Shown here: one piece after another, positions 26,532-40,879 of the stretch
Layout: the number at the start of each line of letters is the position of its first letter
Numbering within the stretch: position 1 is the stretch's first letter
Source of the DNA: Vicugna vicugna
Taxonomy: Eukaryota
Direction: 5' to 3'
Assembly: GCA_013265495.1 (NCBI GenBank)
Contig: MU058781.1
Span: 6,786,522-6,850,521, forward strand
Length of the DNA: 64,000 nucleotides
Notes under the pieces: model-generated
What the model saw: only the letters and a program-made list of their open reading frames with translations
Told to the model about the DNA's origin: nothing
Database searches by the model: none
Program-made: the position numbers and the translations under genes

Positions 26532-27764
26532 GTTGGGCTTCTGTAGTCCCCTTAAAACTGGAAATTTATATCTTGCAGTTCTGAAACATTTCTTTATTAT
26601 GTCACTGATAATCTTCTCTTTTCTGTTTTCTTTATTCTCTCTGTGAATTCTCTTAGCTGAATTTGGGGCCTTCCGACACAGTTCTTTAATTTTCTTGATT
26701 TTTCACTCTTATTTTCCATCTTGTTCTATAGCCTGGGAAATTTCCATCAACATTATTATTCAGCATTTCTACAGAATTTTAAAATTTCTTTAGCCTATTT
26801 AATTTAGCCTATTGACTTTTTATTTCCAAGGGGTCTTTCTTGAATTTTGTTCTCTTTTCTTAGAATCCTGTTCCTGTTTCTTTTGTTCTCTAATATTTTA
26901 GCATCCTGTTCTTGTTTCTTCTTATTGCTCTTGGGGATATTAATTTTAGGTTTGTTTTTTTTTAATTTTTCTTCTGTTCTTTGCATTGCTTTAGTTTCGT
27001 CTGGGCTATTTTGTTTCCTATTTGTTTGGTTGTTTTGGACTCTCTTGCCACCCACTCACTTTCCATTACCTGTGGTTAGGTTCCCTCCCTCTGGAAATCT
27101 CTCTTTCTGGGCAAAGTGAGCAATTGGAGATGCTATTTGATGCCCTGATCACTCAGAGGCCTTCCCCTCCCCACTCTCCTCCATGGTCACTTCTGAATGG
27201 GGCCATAATGCTGCAGCCGCCCAGCTGGTACCAGCATGTGCTGTGAAATAATCTATAAACCATTCTTGAATTTTTTCCCCTCAGGTCATTACATATTAGG
27301 AACTCTGGTGAAGCCATAGACATGGGATGAGGAAAGGGAGCAACAGAGCAGAAGTATGTGTTTCTTTAGCCAGGACCATGGTTGATGCTTCAGCCACCTG
27401 GTGTGACCCTGCCTTCTTGGTTTTGCCTCTACTTGGTTTTGGACTGGACTGAGTTTCATAATCTCCTACCTGGATCCAAAAGCATCCACAAAGGCACTTT
27501 CATCCATGAATGGATGCCAAATTATTGTTGCTGTTTTGACTGGGGGGAGAGGAAGGTGGATAACGAGCAAGGGATGTCTTATTTGGCATCTTGCTGATGT
27601 CACTCCTAAACACCGAGATTATCTGAGGTTCTGCAAAGCTTATGAACTTACTGCTCATTTTTTACAGGCATACAGATTTGCTGAAATATTTCATCCACAG
27701 TTGACCTTTCTACTGCCTTTCTGTTTGAGTATTTGTCTCTTTTTTTCAGTAGCTTTCACTGAAG

Positions 27765-30020
27765 ACAGAATTCTAAGATGACAGTCAAGATTTCCACCCC
27801 CTGGTGTACACACTTTGTATAATCCTCTCCCTCTTGAGTGTTGGTGGGGCCAGCGAATATTATGGGACATCACTGCCATGATTAGGCTACCAACCTGTTG
27901 GCTTTGAGTTAATCAAAAGGGAGACTATCTTGGGTGAGCCTTGCCTAATCAGGCGAGCCTTTTAAAAGAAGGTGAAGCATCAGAGTGATACTCTGGCTTA
28001 CCTGGATGAAAGCAAATTACCATGTTATGACCTGCCTATGGAAGGATCCACCTGGTTAGCAACTGAATGTGGCTCTAGAAATTAAAAGAGGTCCAGCCAA
28101 CAGCCAAGAAAAAACAGAGACTCCAGCCCTACAACTGCAAAAAAGTAAATACTGCAAACAACCAGAATAATCATGAAAGAGGACTCTAAGCCTCAGATAA
28201 TAAGTCTAACCAGCACCTTGATTTTAGCCTGGTGACACCTTGAGCAGAGGACCCAGTTAGCCTGTACACAGACTCCTAACACACAACTGTGGGATAATAA
28301 ATTTGTCTTTGGTTAATTACCCATGAAATTTTTCACAGAAAAAGTACAAATGATCCTAAAATTTATATGGAATCACAAAAGACCCAGAATTGTCAAAGCA
28401 ATAGTGAAGAGAAAGAAAAAAGCTAGAGGAATAACCCTCCCAGACTTTAGACAATACTACAGAGCTACAGTAATCAAAACAGCATGGATTGGCAAACAAA
28501 CAGACATATGGATCAATGGAACAGAACAGAGAGCCCAGAAATAAACCCACAGACCTATGGTCAATTAATCTTCAACAAAGGAGACAAGAATATACAATGG
28601 AGAAAAGACAGTCTCTTTAGCAAGTGGTGTTGGGAAAACTGGAGAGCGGCACGTAAATCAGTGAAATTAGAACACTCCCTCACACCATACACAAAAATAA
28701 ACTCAAAATGGCTTAAAGACTTAAATACAAGACAAGACACGATAAACCTCTTAGAAGAAAATACAGGCAAAACATTCTCTGACATAAATCTTAGCAATGT
28801 TCCCCTAGGGCAGTCTACCCAAGCAATAGAAATAAAAGTAAAATAAACAAATGGGACCTAATTAAACTTAAAGCTTTTGCACAACAAAGGAAACCATAAG
28901 TAAAACAAAACAACAACCTACGGAATGGGAGAAAATATTTGCAAATGATGCAACTGACAAAGGTTAATTTCCAGAATATATACACAGCTCATACAACTTA
29001 ATAACCAAACAACAACAACCACCACCACCACCCAATCCAAAAAGGGGCAGAAGACCTACCTAAACAAGCAATTCTCCAATGAAGATATACAAATGGCCAA
29101 TAGGCGTATGAAAAAATGTTCGATATCACTAATTATCAGAGAAATGCAAATCAAAACTACAATGAGGCACCACCTCACACCAGTCAGAATGGCCATCATT
29201 CAAAAGTCCATGAATGCTAAATGCGGGAGAAAAGGGAACCCTCTTGCACTGCTGGTGGGAATGTAGTTTGGTGCAGCCATTATGGAAAACAGTATGGAGA
29301 CTCCTCAAAAAACTAAAAATAGACTTACCATATGATCCAGCAATCCCACTCCTGGGCATATATCTGGATGGAACTCTATTAGAAAAGATACATGCACCCC
29401 AATGTTCATAGCAGCACTATACACAATAGCCAAGACATGGAAGCAACCTAAATGTCCATCAACAGATGACTGGATAAAGAAGCTGTGGTATATTTATACA
29501 ATGGAATACTACTCAGCCATAAAAAAGAATAAAATAATGCCATTTGCAGCAACATGGACAGACAGAGATTGTCATTCTAAGTGAAGAAAGGCAGAAAGAG
29601 AAAGGAAAATGCCATATATCATTCATACGTGGAATCTAAAAAAAGAAAAAAGAAGGGTACTAATGAACTCATCTATAAAGAAGAAACAGACTCACAGACA
29701 TAGTAAACAGTCTTATGGTTACTGAGGGAAAAGGAGTGGGAAGGGATAAATTTTGGAATTCAAGATTTGCAAATGTTAGCCTCTCTATATAAAAACAGAT
29801 TTAAAAATGTCTTCTGTATAGCACAGGAATCTATATTCAATATCTTCTAATAACCCTTAATGAAAAAGAATATGAAAACATATACGTATGTATATGTATG
29901 ACTGGGACATTGTGCTGTGCACCAGAAACTGACACATTGTAACTGACTGTACTTCAATTAAAAATATATTTTTTAAAAAGTTTGTGGCAATTTGTTATAC
30001 AGCAATAGACAACTAATACA
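27765..30020 (+). mobile_element. MLT1 (MLT1E-like) MaLR LTR split by the L1 insertion at ~28318-29978
   Basis: The 5' part runs to gataataaatttgtc; the LTR terminus resumes after the L1 tail as aagtttgtggcaatttgttatacagcaatagacaactaataca. Confidence 0.7.
28318..29978 (+). mobile_element. 5'-truncated lineage-specific L1 (ORF2 C-terminus plus 3'UTR), frameshifted
   Basis: ORF fragments [68 protein letters not shown] and [15 protein letters not shown] are L1 ORF2; A-rich end. Confidence 0.95.
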
Positions 30021-31294
30021 GTGGAGGTTCAGAGATAGAGGAAATACCTTATGTCTATACAGTAAACATGTTTATATTTACCAGTATCTTTTCTTGAAGA
30101 AAACCACCCAACTCTATGCAGTGCCAGTGGGGATGTCAATAGTGGTGTCCCCTCCTTCTGAACTATAAGGGTGAATGGATTCCACCAGCCACAGTGATTG
30201 TCTCAGGGATGGTATGTGACGCCCATCTTCCCAACTCAGAGTCTCTCCTGGAGACGGAAGCTTGTTTCCCTCTGGAGTTGTTATCCTGCACTTGAAGTGA
30301 ACCTAGGGTGGCTGTATAAGTTATTTTCTGTTGTGTTTCTGACATCACAACCAAAGAATTCTGACAAATACAGTCCATTTGATAGATTCGGAAACAATGT
30401 TCAAGATACTGAAGGTTTCGACTAAAGTCCTATAATGAAGCAAGTATTTAGGTACTTACCGTCTAACCAAGAACCAGAAATGTCTGGCACATGGAAACTG
30501 TAAGACTGCTTGCTTATCCCACCTGCCATCCTTACATATGTCACTTGGCCATAATCGTGTCACCATCTTACCTCCATTTGCCCTTCTTATCTCCTGTTCG
30601 GTTATGTTTTTCTCTGCTTCTGATTAGGTCACAGAGACAAGGCAAGAGCCAATTCTTATTATAACAATGCTGCTGCCACCAATAGCAAATTTATCTACAC
30701 TCAGCCTGATTCCTGTGCACAAAATCATATACTTGACCAGGAATGAGTCTTAGAAATTTTATGAGTACATTTCTGTCGTTTTATAAATGAGCAAGCAAGC
30801 ACCCAGGATCTCATCCTAATGTAGGCAGCTTTTCTTAGAAGTGTTGGGAATAGACCACAGGTAACCAGATTTTTAGTCCATGTCTCCTTAAAGGAAAGTT
30901 GGAGGATCCTGGTATGAATGGTCACAGTCAAGGTTATGGGTTTCCCCTACACAGCTGACTGGCTCAGGGCTGTCTCCCACCTTTAGATTGGCTTTGCTCA
31001 AGGCTTTAGATTCAAGTTGCTCTCTTCTTTCTTTGATGTCTTTTCCTTAGGCACGTCTCTCCTTGCCTCTTCTTGCTACTAAAACACTGAGATCTAGCGG
31101 GATGATATTAAAATGAGGGCTTGGAGCAGAGATGATAAATGGGTTTCAACTTGTTTATCACTCCAGTTATTTTTTTGTAGTTACAGAGAGCCTGTTGTGA
31201 GGACCCTTAAGATTTATCTCTGCACGGCAAAAGAAACAAAAAAAAAGCAAGCAAAATGATTAATTAGTAATGTATTCCGAAATGGCCACTGTTT

Positions 31295-31655
31295 TAAGTA
31301 GATTCCACAGAAACTGACTCTGCGATTCAGAGAGTTGCTTGCAGGAAGTATCCTTGAGAACAACACTTGTAAGGAGATGAGGGAAGCCATATGAGACATT
31401 GCAACAAAGGCCTTAGCCAATTTCATGGGGGAAATCACTGGAGCAGGGTTGTCCCAAATCAGGCAAAGTGACAGGCCTGAACACTGATCCCTTTCCCAGC
31501 TCTTCCCAGCACTGACCCTAGAGGGCTGTCACCTTGGGTAAGGCCATTGTCAGAGAAAGATGCAACTGTAAACCATCAGTGGCCAGCATTCCTAGCTCCT
31601 GAGGGAATGCATGCATGAAAGGGGTCTGGGCAGCATACCACAGCATCCACTACAG
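31295..31655 (-). mobile_element. Old ERVL-type LTR fragment (LTR16/LTR33-like)
   Basis: ccacagaaactgactctgcgattcagagagttgcttgcaggaag...gcaacaaaggccttagccaat...ggtctgggcagcataccacagcatccactaca. Confidence 0.45.
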
Positions 31656-32086
31656 CCACAGAAGTGGGAGTGGCCATGCATGTAAGAGATATGTGTCATT
31701 CTGGCCTAGGGAAGAAGGATGAAGAAGTTATTCTGCAGTTGAAATGTGAGCCTTAGCCAGAGAAGCAAGATAAGACAATGCAACAAACAAGGTCTAGTCT
31801 AGCTCACTAGCTCAACCCTGGGGGAGACAGACTGAGATGAGGATGGCCCAGTCCCTGCCCAGTTTAATAGAAGAGGTGCTGTTTTAACTTGTCTAGAGGA
31901 TGAGTAGGGGAGTAGGGTTTTGCCAGACAGGAAGGGAGCTACAGGGAATGAGCAAAGGCATGAGAACACAGTATCATTAGGTGCTGGCATCATGGAAATG
32001 TTTACACACTAACATACTTGTGTTTTAAAATTCTCCTCTGACAAGTTCTAGGTCTAAGAGGATAGATTGGAAGAAGAAATGAAGAT

Positions 32087-32820
32087 TTTTTAAATTGAAG
32101 TGTTTATAGATTTATAATATTGTGTTAGTTTCAGGTATACAGCAAAGTGATTCAGTTTTTTTTTCAGATTATTTGCCATTATAGGTTATTACAGGATATT
32201 GAATCTAGTTCTCTGTGCTATACAGTAAGTCCTTGTTGCTTATCTATTTTATGTACAGTAGTTTGTATCTGTTAATCCCATACTCCTAATTTATCCCTCC
32301 CCACCTCCCTCTCCCCTTTGGTTACCATAAGTTTGTTTTCTAAGGCTGTGAGTCTGCTTCTGTTTTGTGTATAGATTAATTTATATCATTTTAGATATAG
32401 GTTAATTTGTATTATGGTTTAGATTCCACATATAAGTGATATCATATAATATTTATCTTTCTCTGTCTCACTTCACTCAGTATGATAATCTGTAGGTCCA
32501 TCCATGTTGCTGCAAATGGCGATATTTCATTCTTTTTTATGGCCGAGTAACATTTCATTGTATATCTATACCACATCTTATTAAACCAATCATCTATTGA
32601 TGGGCATTTGGGTTGTTTCTATGTCTTGGCTATTGTAAGTAGTGCTACTATGAACAATGGGGTGCATGTATCCTTTCAAATTAGAGTTTTCGTCTCTTTC
32701 AGATATATGCCCAGGAGTGGAATTGCTGAATCACATGGTAGCTATACTTTTAGCTTTTTAAGGAAACTCCGTACTGTTTTCCACAGTGGCTGCACCAGTT
32801 TACATTCCCACCAACAGTGT
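32087..32820 (-). mobile_element. L1 3' end, antisense
   Basis: Poly-T start, then aattgaag...tgtgttagtttcaggtatacagcaaagtgattcag...tttacattcccaccaacagtgt. Confidence 0.9.
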
Positions 32821-33602
32821 AGTGTCTCCCTTTTGGAGACAGATAGTAAGTGTGGCACACTGTTGATAAACAGGCAGGATTAGTGGAATTGGAATGGAGA
32901 AAATTAATTTAAATGGTATTTGACGAGAAGGCTTTAGAGCAGCTTGGTGCTGGGGGCGAAAGGGAGAAATTTTTTCAAGAACAACTTCCTTCTGAATTTA
33001 CAATCCTAGCTATGCCATTGACTAATTGTATGACTTTGGGGAAGTCTTTTACTTTTTTTAGGGCTTCAATTTCTAACTCATAATGTAAAGAGATTGGACT
33101 AGATCAAGACTAGATTGGACTCATGATATCACCGTCCCCTCCTATATCAAAGGCAGATATCACTAACTGAATGGAGTCCTTCTCCTCACTGACCTGGGGC
33201 AGAACTCCAGACAGCCACCACCAAAGGGGATTTGGAAGAGCTGAAGTCTACATGCTTGCCCAGGACATGATCATCTCCAAGCTTATTCCCAGCTCTAAAA
33301 GTATGATTGTAAATCATATCATCACATTCTTTAGGTGGGAAGCAGATTTAGAAAAACTGCTATTAAATAAGGACTCGTAAGTAGTACTTTTCTTGAAATT
33401 ATATGAGCTTGTTCCCAAGTTTGGGGGATTTGATTTTAACAAGAGAAATTTCTCACAGTCAGAGTGTAAATAACAATCAACACTGCACAATGGAAATGAC
33501 ATGTGAGTTCCTGTAATTAAAGAAGATATTTAGTTCCTTAGTTCCTATCATTTTCACAACTATATTCTCAAATGAATTTGCTATCTAAAATACATGTAAA
33601 AA

Positions 33603-34008
33603 TACTAAGTGAAGTAAGCCAGAAAGAGAAAGAAAAATACCATATGATATCACTTATGTGTGGAATCTAAAAAGCAATGACATAAATAAACTTATTTACA
33701 AAACAGAAACAGACTGACAGACATAGAAAACAAACTTACAGTTACCAGCGGGAAGATGGAGTGGTAAGGTATAAACTGGGAGTTCAGGATTTGTAGATAC
33801 TAACTATTACGTAAAAAATAGATAAACGAGGTTCTACTGTATAGCACAGGGAACTATATTCAATATCTTGTAGTAACCTATAATGAAAAAGAATATGAAA
33901 GTGAATATATGTGTATATATGTATGACTGAAACATTATTCTATACACCAGAAATTAACAAAAAATTGTAAACTGACTGCATGTCAACAAATATATATGTT
34001 AAAAAAAT
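33603..34008 (+). mobile_element. L1 3'UTR fragment
   Basis: ctaagtgaagtaagccagaaagagaaag...tatagcacagggaactatattcaatatcttg...; similar to 29578-29965. Confidence 0.9.
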
Positions 34009-34691
34009 TACAGCCCTTCTTTGAACTCAATTTATTTGCTTATTTATTCTTTTTTTTAATAAGACAAGGTACATTTTACTGTATATTAATCCTGAATGAA
34101 AGTCAAACCAAATAAAGAACACTGTGCTTATAATATTTTTAAAGGAATAAGGAAGCAGTTTCTAAAACTTAAGTGAAAATATTGTTTCTTCAAATAGCAG
34201 TACATCTGCAGATTTTTTAAAAAAAACATTTAAGTAATTGTTTTCAGTACTGGCTACCAATAGCCTAAAAAAAGTAAAAGAATTGCCACTAATCTATTCT
34301 TATCACTTATGTTTCTAAGACTTAGGGATGTTAACAGAAGTGAAAGTAACTAGGATAAACCAAAATTATATACACCCTTGGGAGTCAGCTTTGACTCCTT
34401 TCTCTCCTACCCCTTCTCTCCTGTTCCAAAGAGGGTTGGGAGAAAGACCTGATTCGCAGCATTTGCCTGTTTCTGAGGTGTAAATATTGTCACCATCATG
34501 ACTGATTTCAAGTAACAGAACAGAGTTGGGAAGCCATGTGCCCAGTCAGCCCTCCTGAGCTAGTAAGAGTGGACTCCAGCCCAGCAGCACTGGTTCTGAG
34601 CCTCCTCTTTTCCCTCTGCTCTTGGCTTTGCTTAAGCTCAGACTGTTGGCCAAAGAAGACCTAAAGAAGTATTTATTTGGCTACCACAGTA

Positions 34692-34780
34692 TTTTTTTCT
34701 TTTGATGGAGGTACTGGGGATTGAACCCAGGACCTTGTGTGTGCTAAGCATGCGCTCTACCACTGAGCTACCCCCACCCC
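34692..34780 (-). mobile_element. Camelid tRNA-Ala-derived SINE, short form, with TSD
   Basis: tRNA-like body; TSD gctaccacagtattttt (34680) / gctgccacaatattttt (34781). Confidence 0.9.
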
Positions 34781-35619
34781 GCTGCCACAATATTTTTCAT
34801 TTGAATGTAAATGTCTTCAGACAGAGCATGCCATCTTTCCTGGCCACAGACTCCACTAGTTTTAATGTCTTCACGTCAAGCCCACTTGGCTCCCAAGTCA
34901 TTGAGTTTGCAACTCCTGGTTTAGGGTATTGTCATCTTTCATTTGTCCTATTGTTTCTTTTCTAGCACCACCTACACACCTCTGTCCCTGTCTTCATTGC
35001 TGTCTACTGAAAATCCTCATGTAGTCTCTCTAACCCTGAGTCAAGAGTTTTTGTATTTGTGTCTGATCCTAAGGGCTTAACAAATGCCCAGTATATACCA
35101 GGTACTCAAGTGTCAATAAATACATAAATGAATGAATGAACAGTTTCTTATTTCATGAGCACACTTGTGTACAAAGCACTGTGCAAAAGTTAAGTACCTT
35201 CTAAGATATAATTCCTTTGACATCTGAAGCTATTTGGGCCTGAAGGTCCTCCAGAATAATGCAAGATATTTAAAAGTTAAACAATAGACAAATGAAAATG
35301 TTATGCTTTAAATCAGATACGCTTTAGTCTATGGGCTTCTATCTACTATCAGCATTTTTGCCCACATTAAAGATATCCAGTGTTTTTAAAACAGTGACAT
35401 TATCTGACTTTCAATAGCAAGCAAATTCATAAATAGTATTATGCAAAGAATAGTAGTAATAATAAAGTGTTATATTTCTATAGAATTTTGTAAATTTCTG
35501 AGTTCTGATTTTATCCACCCCTTTTAATTCCATACAATGATAATATTATTGAATTAGGATTGTAATTTTTTTAACATTGAATTACTGAGCCAGGCATTGT
35601 GTTAATGTTGCATATACAG

Positions 35620-36410
35620 CTAATATGCACATGAAGAGATGTTATGAGTCATTAGGGAAATGTAAATCAAAACCACAATGAGATACCACTTCATGTGTGG
35701 CTGTCGTAAAACAGACAGATAATAGCAAGTGCTCATGAGGATGTGGAGAAATGGGAACCCTTATACACTGCTGGTGGGATTGTAAAACAGTGCAGCCACT
35801 TTGGAAAACAGTTTGGCATTCCCTTAAAAGGTTAAACATATAGTCACCATAGAATCTAGCAATTTTAATTTTAGGTATATACCTGAGAAAACTGAAAACA
35901 TATGTCCACATAAAGTTTTGTACATGAATGCTTATGGCAGCATTACTCATAATAGCCCAAAAGTGGAACAACCCAAATGTTCATCAACTGATGAATGGAT
36001 AAACAAAACGCCATGTATTTAGTTACTAGAACATTATTGGGCAATAAAAAGGAATAAAGTACTGATACATGAACCTTAAAAACATTATGCTAAGGGAAAG
36101 AAGCTAGACATAAAAAATCATGTATCTCATGATTCCATTTATATAAAATGTCCAGAATAGGCAAATCAATCCACAGAGACAGAAAGTAGATTAGTGGTTG
36201 TCAGGGGCTGGGAGAGGAGGAAATAGGAAATGAGTGTGAATGGCTATTGGTTTTCTTTTCAGGGTGATGAAAGTGTTCTGAAATTAGATAGTGGTGATGG
36301 TGAACAACATAGTGAGAATGCTAAAAACCACACTGTAACTTTAATTTGCATACTTTTACAAGGGTGAACTTTATGGTACATGAATTATATCTTAATAAAG
36401 ATGTCATTTA
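35620..36410 (+). mobile_element. L1MB-type LINE 3' fragment
   Basis: cattagggaaatgtaaatcaaaaccacaatgagataccac...caacccaaatgttcatcaactgatgaatgg...gaattatatcttaataaag. Confidence 0.85.
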
Positions 36411-36411
36411 A

Positions 36412-36547
36412 GGGGGAGAGTAGAGCTCGATGGTAGAGTGTGTGCTTGGCATGCACAAGGTCCTGGGTTCAATCCCCACTACCTCCATTCATAAACAAAT
36501 AAAAATAAATAAACCTAATTACGTCATCTCCAAAAAATTGTTTTTAA
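36412..36547 (+). mobile_element. Camelid tRNA-Ala-derived SINE, long-tail form, perfect 15-bp TSD
   Basis: TSD aaagatgtcatttaa at 36397-36411 and 36548-36562. Confidence 0.92.
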
Positions 36548-36626
36548 AAAGATGTCATTTAAAAATGGGAAGCGATCAGAAAGGTTTAAGCAGGAGAAGG
36601 GCATTTGTGCTTTTAAAACCCATGTT

Positions 36627-36779
36627 GGGGGTGGGGGGTGGGAATGGCTTGGTGGCAGAGTACATGTTTAGCATGCGCAAGGTCCTGGGTTCAACCTCCA
36701 GGACCTCCATTAAAAAAAGAGACAAACAAACAACAACCTAAAAAACAAACAAACAAACAACAACAACAACAACAAAAAA
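36627..36779 (+). mobile_element. Camelid tRNA-Ala-derived SINE with (CAA/CAAA)n tail
   Basis: ...ggtggcagagtacatgtttagcatgcgcaaggtcctgggttcaacctccagg; approximate TSD aaaacccatgttg / aaaaccctgctg. Confidence 0.85.
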
Positions 36780-37904
36780 CCCTGCTGCTCTGTGGTAAGC
36801 AGCTTGGGGATGGGTGGGGGAAGTAGAAGTGGAGATACTAGTCAGGGATCAGAGCAAGAGTCACAGTAAGAAGCCAGGGTGTCTGAAATGGTGGCAGCTG
36901 TAGCAAGGGAGACATGGAAAAGCTTGAGATATAGTTTGAAGGTTGAACGCACTAGATTTGTTTTTGGCTTAAACGTGGGAAGTGAGAGAGCAGGAGGCGT
37001 TAGGAACGATTCATAAGTTTCTAGCTTGGACAACTGAAAGGACAGCAGTGCTATTTACCACTGGAGAAAACCCACTGATGTTTCACCAAAGCGCTATCAT
37101 TAAGTTATACTCTAAACATTTCATTAGGAAATTGAGGATCGAAAGTTATTCATTAAAATTTCCCAAATTTCCCAAACCAAAGAGCAAGTCAGGGAAAGCA
37201 TGAGTGTTGGGATTCTGTTCCAGTTCGGAAGCCCATATGCTTTCCACCAGGCCATCTGCTACTTGAGTTCTCTTTATTCTACCTGAAGATACTCATTATA
37301 CATCAAGAAGTTGTATTTAAGAGGATAACATTTTCAGAAGATAAAGCCAGTTTTTAAAAAATAACTTGAGGTACATCTTTGACTTTTAAGAAAAAAAAAG
37401 ATGAATGTGCGCACATTTGTGGCCTGATTGTTGACTAAGTTGAAGAACTTTTCACCATGGAAAAAAATAAATTAGAATTTAGCATTCACATGTGACAAAA
37501 GAAAACGAGAGAATCATCATTTGTTAACTTACAACATTTCTGATCACTAAATGTTAGAATTTAGAAGACAGTTCCACAGTTCAGTGGGTTGGACACACAG
37601 TTTTTGATTCTTTGACACCTGAAAATATTTGTTCTCTTCAAATGCTGTTTTTTAGTGCTTTCTTTGGCTTGGCACAGCCAGCTTCTGTTATTACCTTTCA
37701 CATGCCACTGTGGACAAATATTTCATTCTTAGGCTAATCAATGTCATTAAAATAGAAGAAAGAGATCGTGCAGATGCCCTAAGTCTGCTCCCAATTATCA
37801 GCCAAAGAGAAAGGGCATCCATAAGGGAAAATGAGGGTCAGGACTCAGAGAACTGAGAAGACGAGATGAACGTGGAGAGAAAGCTTCACACAGAAGCAAC
37901 TGAA

Positions 37905-38151
37905 TTAGGAGTTTGGGATTAACAGATATACACTACTATATACAAAACAAATAAACAACAACGACCCACTGTATAGCACAGGGAGCTATATTTAATTTCT
38001 TGTAATAAGCAATAATGGAAAAGAATCTGAAAATATATGTATGTATATGCATGTATATGTATAACTGAATTGCTTTGCTGTACACCTGAAACTAACGTTG
38101 CAAATTAATTACACTTCAATAAAAAATAAAATTAAATTAAAAAACAAAACA
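37905..38151 (+). mobile_element. Short L1 3'UTR insertion with TSD
   Basis: ttaggagtttgggattaacagatatacactac...tacacttcaataaaaaa; flanked by agaagcaactgaa on both sides. Confidence 0.9.
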
Positions 38152-39998
38152 AGAAGCAACTGAAGTAAGTGTCCACCACGTGAGGATATGTGGAGAGGCC
38201 AGAAAGGTCTGGCACTGGACTGAAATCTGATCTCTACCAGGTGAGATTCTTATACAGACTCCTGGGGTTTATCATCCTCAGAGCTTTGCCACCTGCCAAA
38301 ACTACTTCAGGTTTGCCATCGGTACTTTGTATTAAAGATTTCTCCAATATAAATTTGTGTTATAATATTCAATATGCCTTTCAAACAGTAACCCACCTCT
38401 GCCTCTCCAGCCCCATAACAGAGAGACCATTTCTCTTCCTTTTCCCTTTTTTGTCCTCCCTCTCTTTTCAGCTTGAAAACCGAGAATTAAGGAATTATCA
38501 GTCATTTCCATGTGGATTCAGTGGAGAAGAAAATATGAAACTCCAAATGTCACCCACATGCTGAGGGTGGGAGAAGTGTTTCCGAGAAGATCTAAAAGAG
38601 GGGATAGTAAGGGACAGCAAGTTTTGATTGGAAACAAGGAAAAGATGGCGAAGGACATGAGGAAGTGGGGCTGCAGGTGGGTGAGAGGTTCCTTCTTCTC
38701 GACACCTACCAGACCTGTGCCCTGGCCAGCCTTTCACTGCCACTCTTGCACTCCAGGTGTTAGGAGTTTAGGACAGGAGTTCTGTACAGTTTGAGAAGCT
38801 CAGTAATTTTCCAGACAGGTGCTGCCATGCACATCTCCTGTTTCTGTGAAGGTCACCATGTTTCAAGCGCTCTCCAGTGAGCCTAGACTGTGTTTTACTG
38901 AAATCCGCCAGGAGTTTAGGCTGGACGAGGAAAGCAGCACCATCCAGCATACGATGGAGAGTATATCATTCTGGCTCGGATGCTCTGGATGCAAGAAAGA
39001 CCCAAAAAATTATCTTGACAAAAATGGGTTTTATTATAACAATTCATAGGCACTGGCCCTGAACCTGGAAAGGATCCAGGAACTGGGGCTGCTCCAGTGG
39101 CCTCCTCCCTGCAGTCTCTTAGGGGACACTTGGTCCCTCTGCTTCTCTCCTTGTTTCTGGGAGCTTCTTCTGCTTATTCATCGTTTCTACCCCTTCTTAC
39201 CTTTGGCTCGGCCCTCATGGCCCAAAGCTACTGTGGGCGTTACTCTATGCGTCTTTTTGGCTCCTGTCCTTCTGGCTGCCAACTCCTTTTCTTGCTACTT
39301 TTTAGTTCAAATTGCTAGCAGGGAGAAGCTGCCTAGCCACGCTCAGGCTAGAAGTCACAGCCAGCCCAGGCACGGTCCCTACCTGTTTAGGTCAGGGATA
39401 CTTTCCTGGTTCTCTCAGCCATGTCCAGGGGAGGCGGGTGGGAAATGGGGCTGCCTGATTCTACCACTTTGACAAGCAATGTTGGTGGGCAAGGCGCATG
39501 GAACCCGCTCAGCTCAGCACTGCTGTTCCTGGAGGTAATGACGATGGGGCAGTAAAGATTGAAGCTGCCTTACCCGTGCTCCCCTCCAGGAATTTCAAGC
39601 CAGAGCGAGTCACCCTGTGGGAATCCCACCCTGAAGATGGCCAAAAGCTTTCACTTGCTTCAATGTTGATCTCTTAGACTAGGGAAACGAGGTAGCCTAA
39701 GCAGACTTTCCCGAGAGCTGGCCAGCATGGAATACACATTCCTAAGCATGGTTTTCAGTAGTGCTGTGGCCCTAAATCCTCCCTGATCTTCCTAAACATG
39801 CAGGGGTGGGGCCAGCACAGCCACCTCTGTAGCTGTGTAGGCTGTACATCGCACAGCTCCAGGGAATTCTTTTTTCACGTCGTCATCTTTATCCTAGCCT
39901 CACCTCTGCCCTCCAGGCCACTCACATTTCCCAGGAGAGAGAGAACAAGGGCCACAAAAGAGAATTCCCTGTTACTCAGCCGTTAAAAAAGAAAGAAG

Positions 39999-40430
39999 GC
40001 CATTTGCAGCAACATGGGTGGACCTAGAGATGATCACACTAAGTGAAAAGTCAGACAGGCCAAGACAAATACCATATGACATCACTTACATGTGGAATCT
40101 AAAAAAATGATACAAATGAACTTATTTACAGAACAGAAACAGACTCACAGACATAGAAAACAACTTACGGTTACCAAAGGGGAAAGCGGGAGGGATAAAT
40201 AAGGAGTTTGGGATTAACAGATATACATTACTCTATATAAAATAGATAAACAACAAGGACCAATTATATAGCACAGGGAACTATATTCAGTATCTTGCAA
40301 TAACTTATAAAGGAAAAGAATCTGAAAAAAAATATGTATATAGCTGAATCACTTTGCTGTACACCTGAAACTAACACAACATTGTAAATCTACTATACTT
40401 CAATTTTTAAAAAGTTTAATTAATTAAAGA
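39999..40430 (+). mobile_element. L1 3' end fragment
   Basis: gccatttgcagcaacatgggtggacctagag...gctgaatcactttgctgtacacctgaaactaacacaacattgtaaatc. Confidence 0.9.
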
Positions 40431-40544
40431 AAGAGAGAGAGAATTCTCATCCTTCTTAAAAGGTCCTCCTCCAAATACACGTACATGGTGGCCCATTTCA
40501 TCTTCCTGTGCTATGTGTGTTCTGGCCCACAGTAAAATGCTTTC

Positions 40545-40879
40545 TGACTCAGGCGGCTGCTATGACAAAATGCCACAGAGAGAGCAGCTCATAAACAAGC
40601 TGACTGGGAGGTCCAAGATCAGGGCGGCAGCCAGAAAGGGTCCTCCCTTCGAGAAGGGCCCTCTTCCTGGTTCACAGTTGGTGCCTTTCTTCTGTGTCTC
40701 CACGTGGTAAAAGGGGCAAGAGATCCCTCTGGAACCTCTTTTATAAAAGCCCTAACCTCATTCATGAAGGCCCCACTCTCATGATTTAAACATCTCCCAA
40801 AGGCCTACTACTACCATCACCTTTGGGGATTAGGGTGTCAACACAGGAATTTGGGGGCACAAATATTCAGACCATAGCA
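40545..40879 (-). mobile_element. MLT1A-type MaLR LTR
   Basis: gctgctatgacaaaatgccacag...gtccaagatcaggg...ctcttttataaaagccctaac...aatattcagaccatagca. Confidence 0.75.

Noticed and set aside
26380..27119. Transmembrane-looking ORFs
   Set aside because: Produced by trinucleotide repeats and T-rich degraded antisense L1-like sequence.
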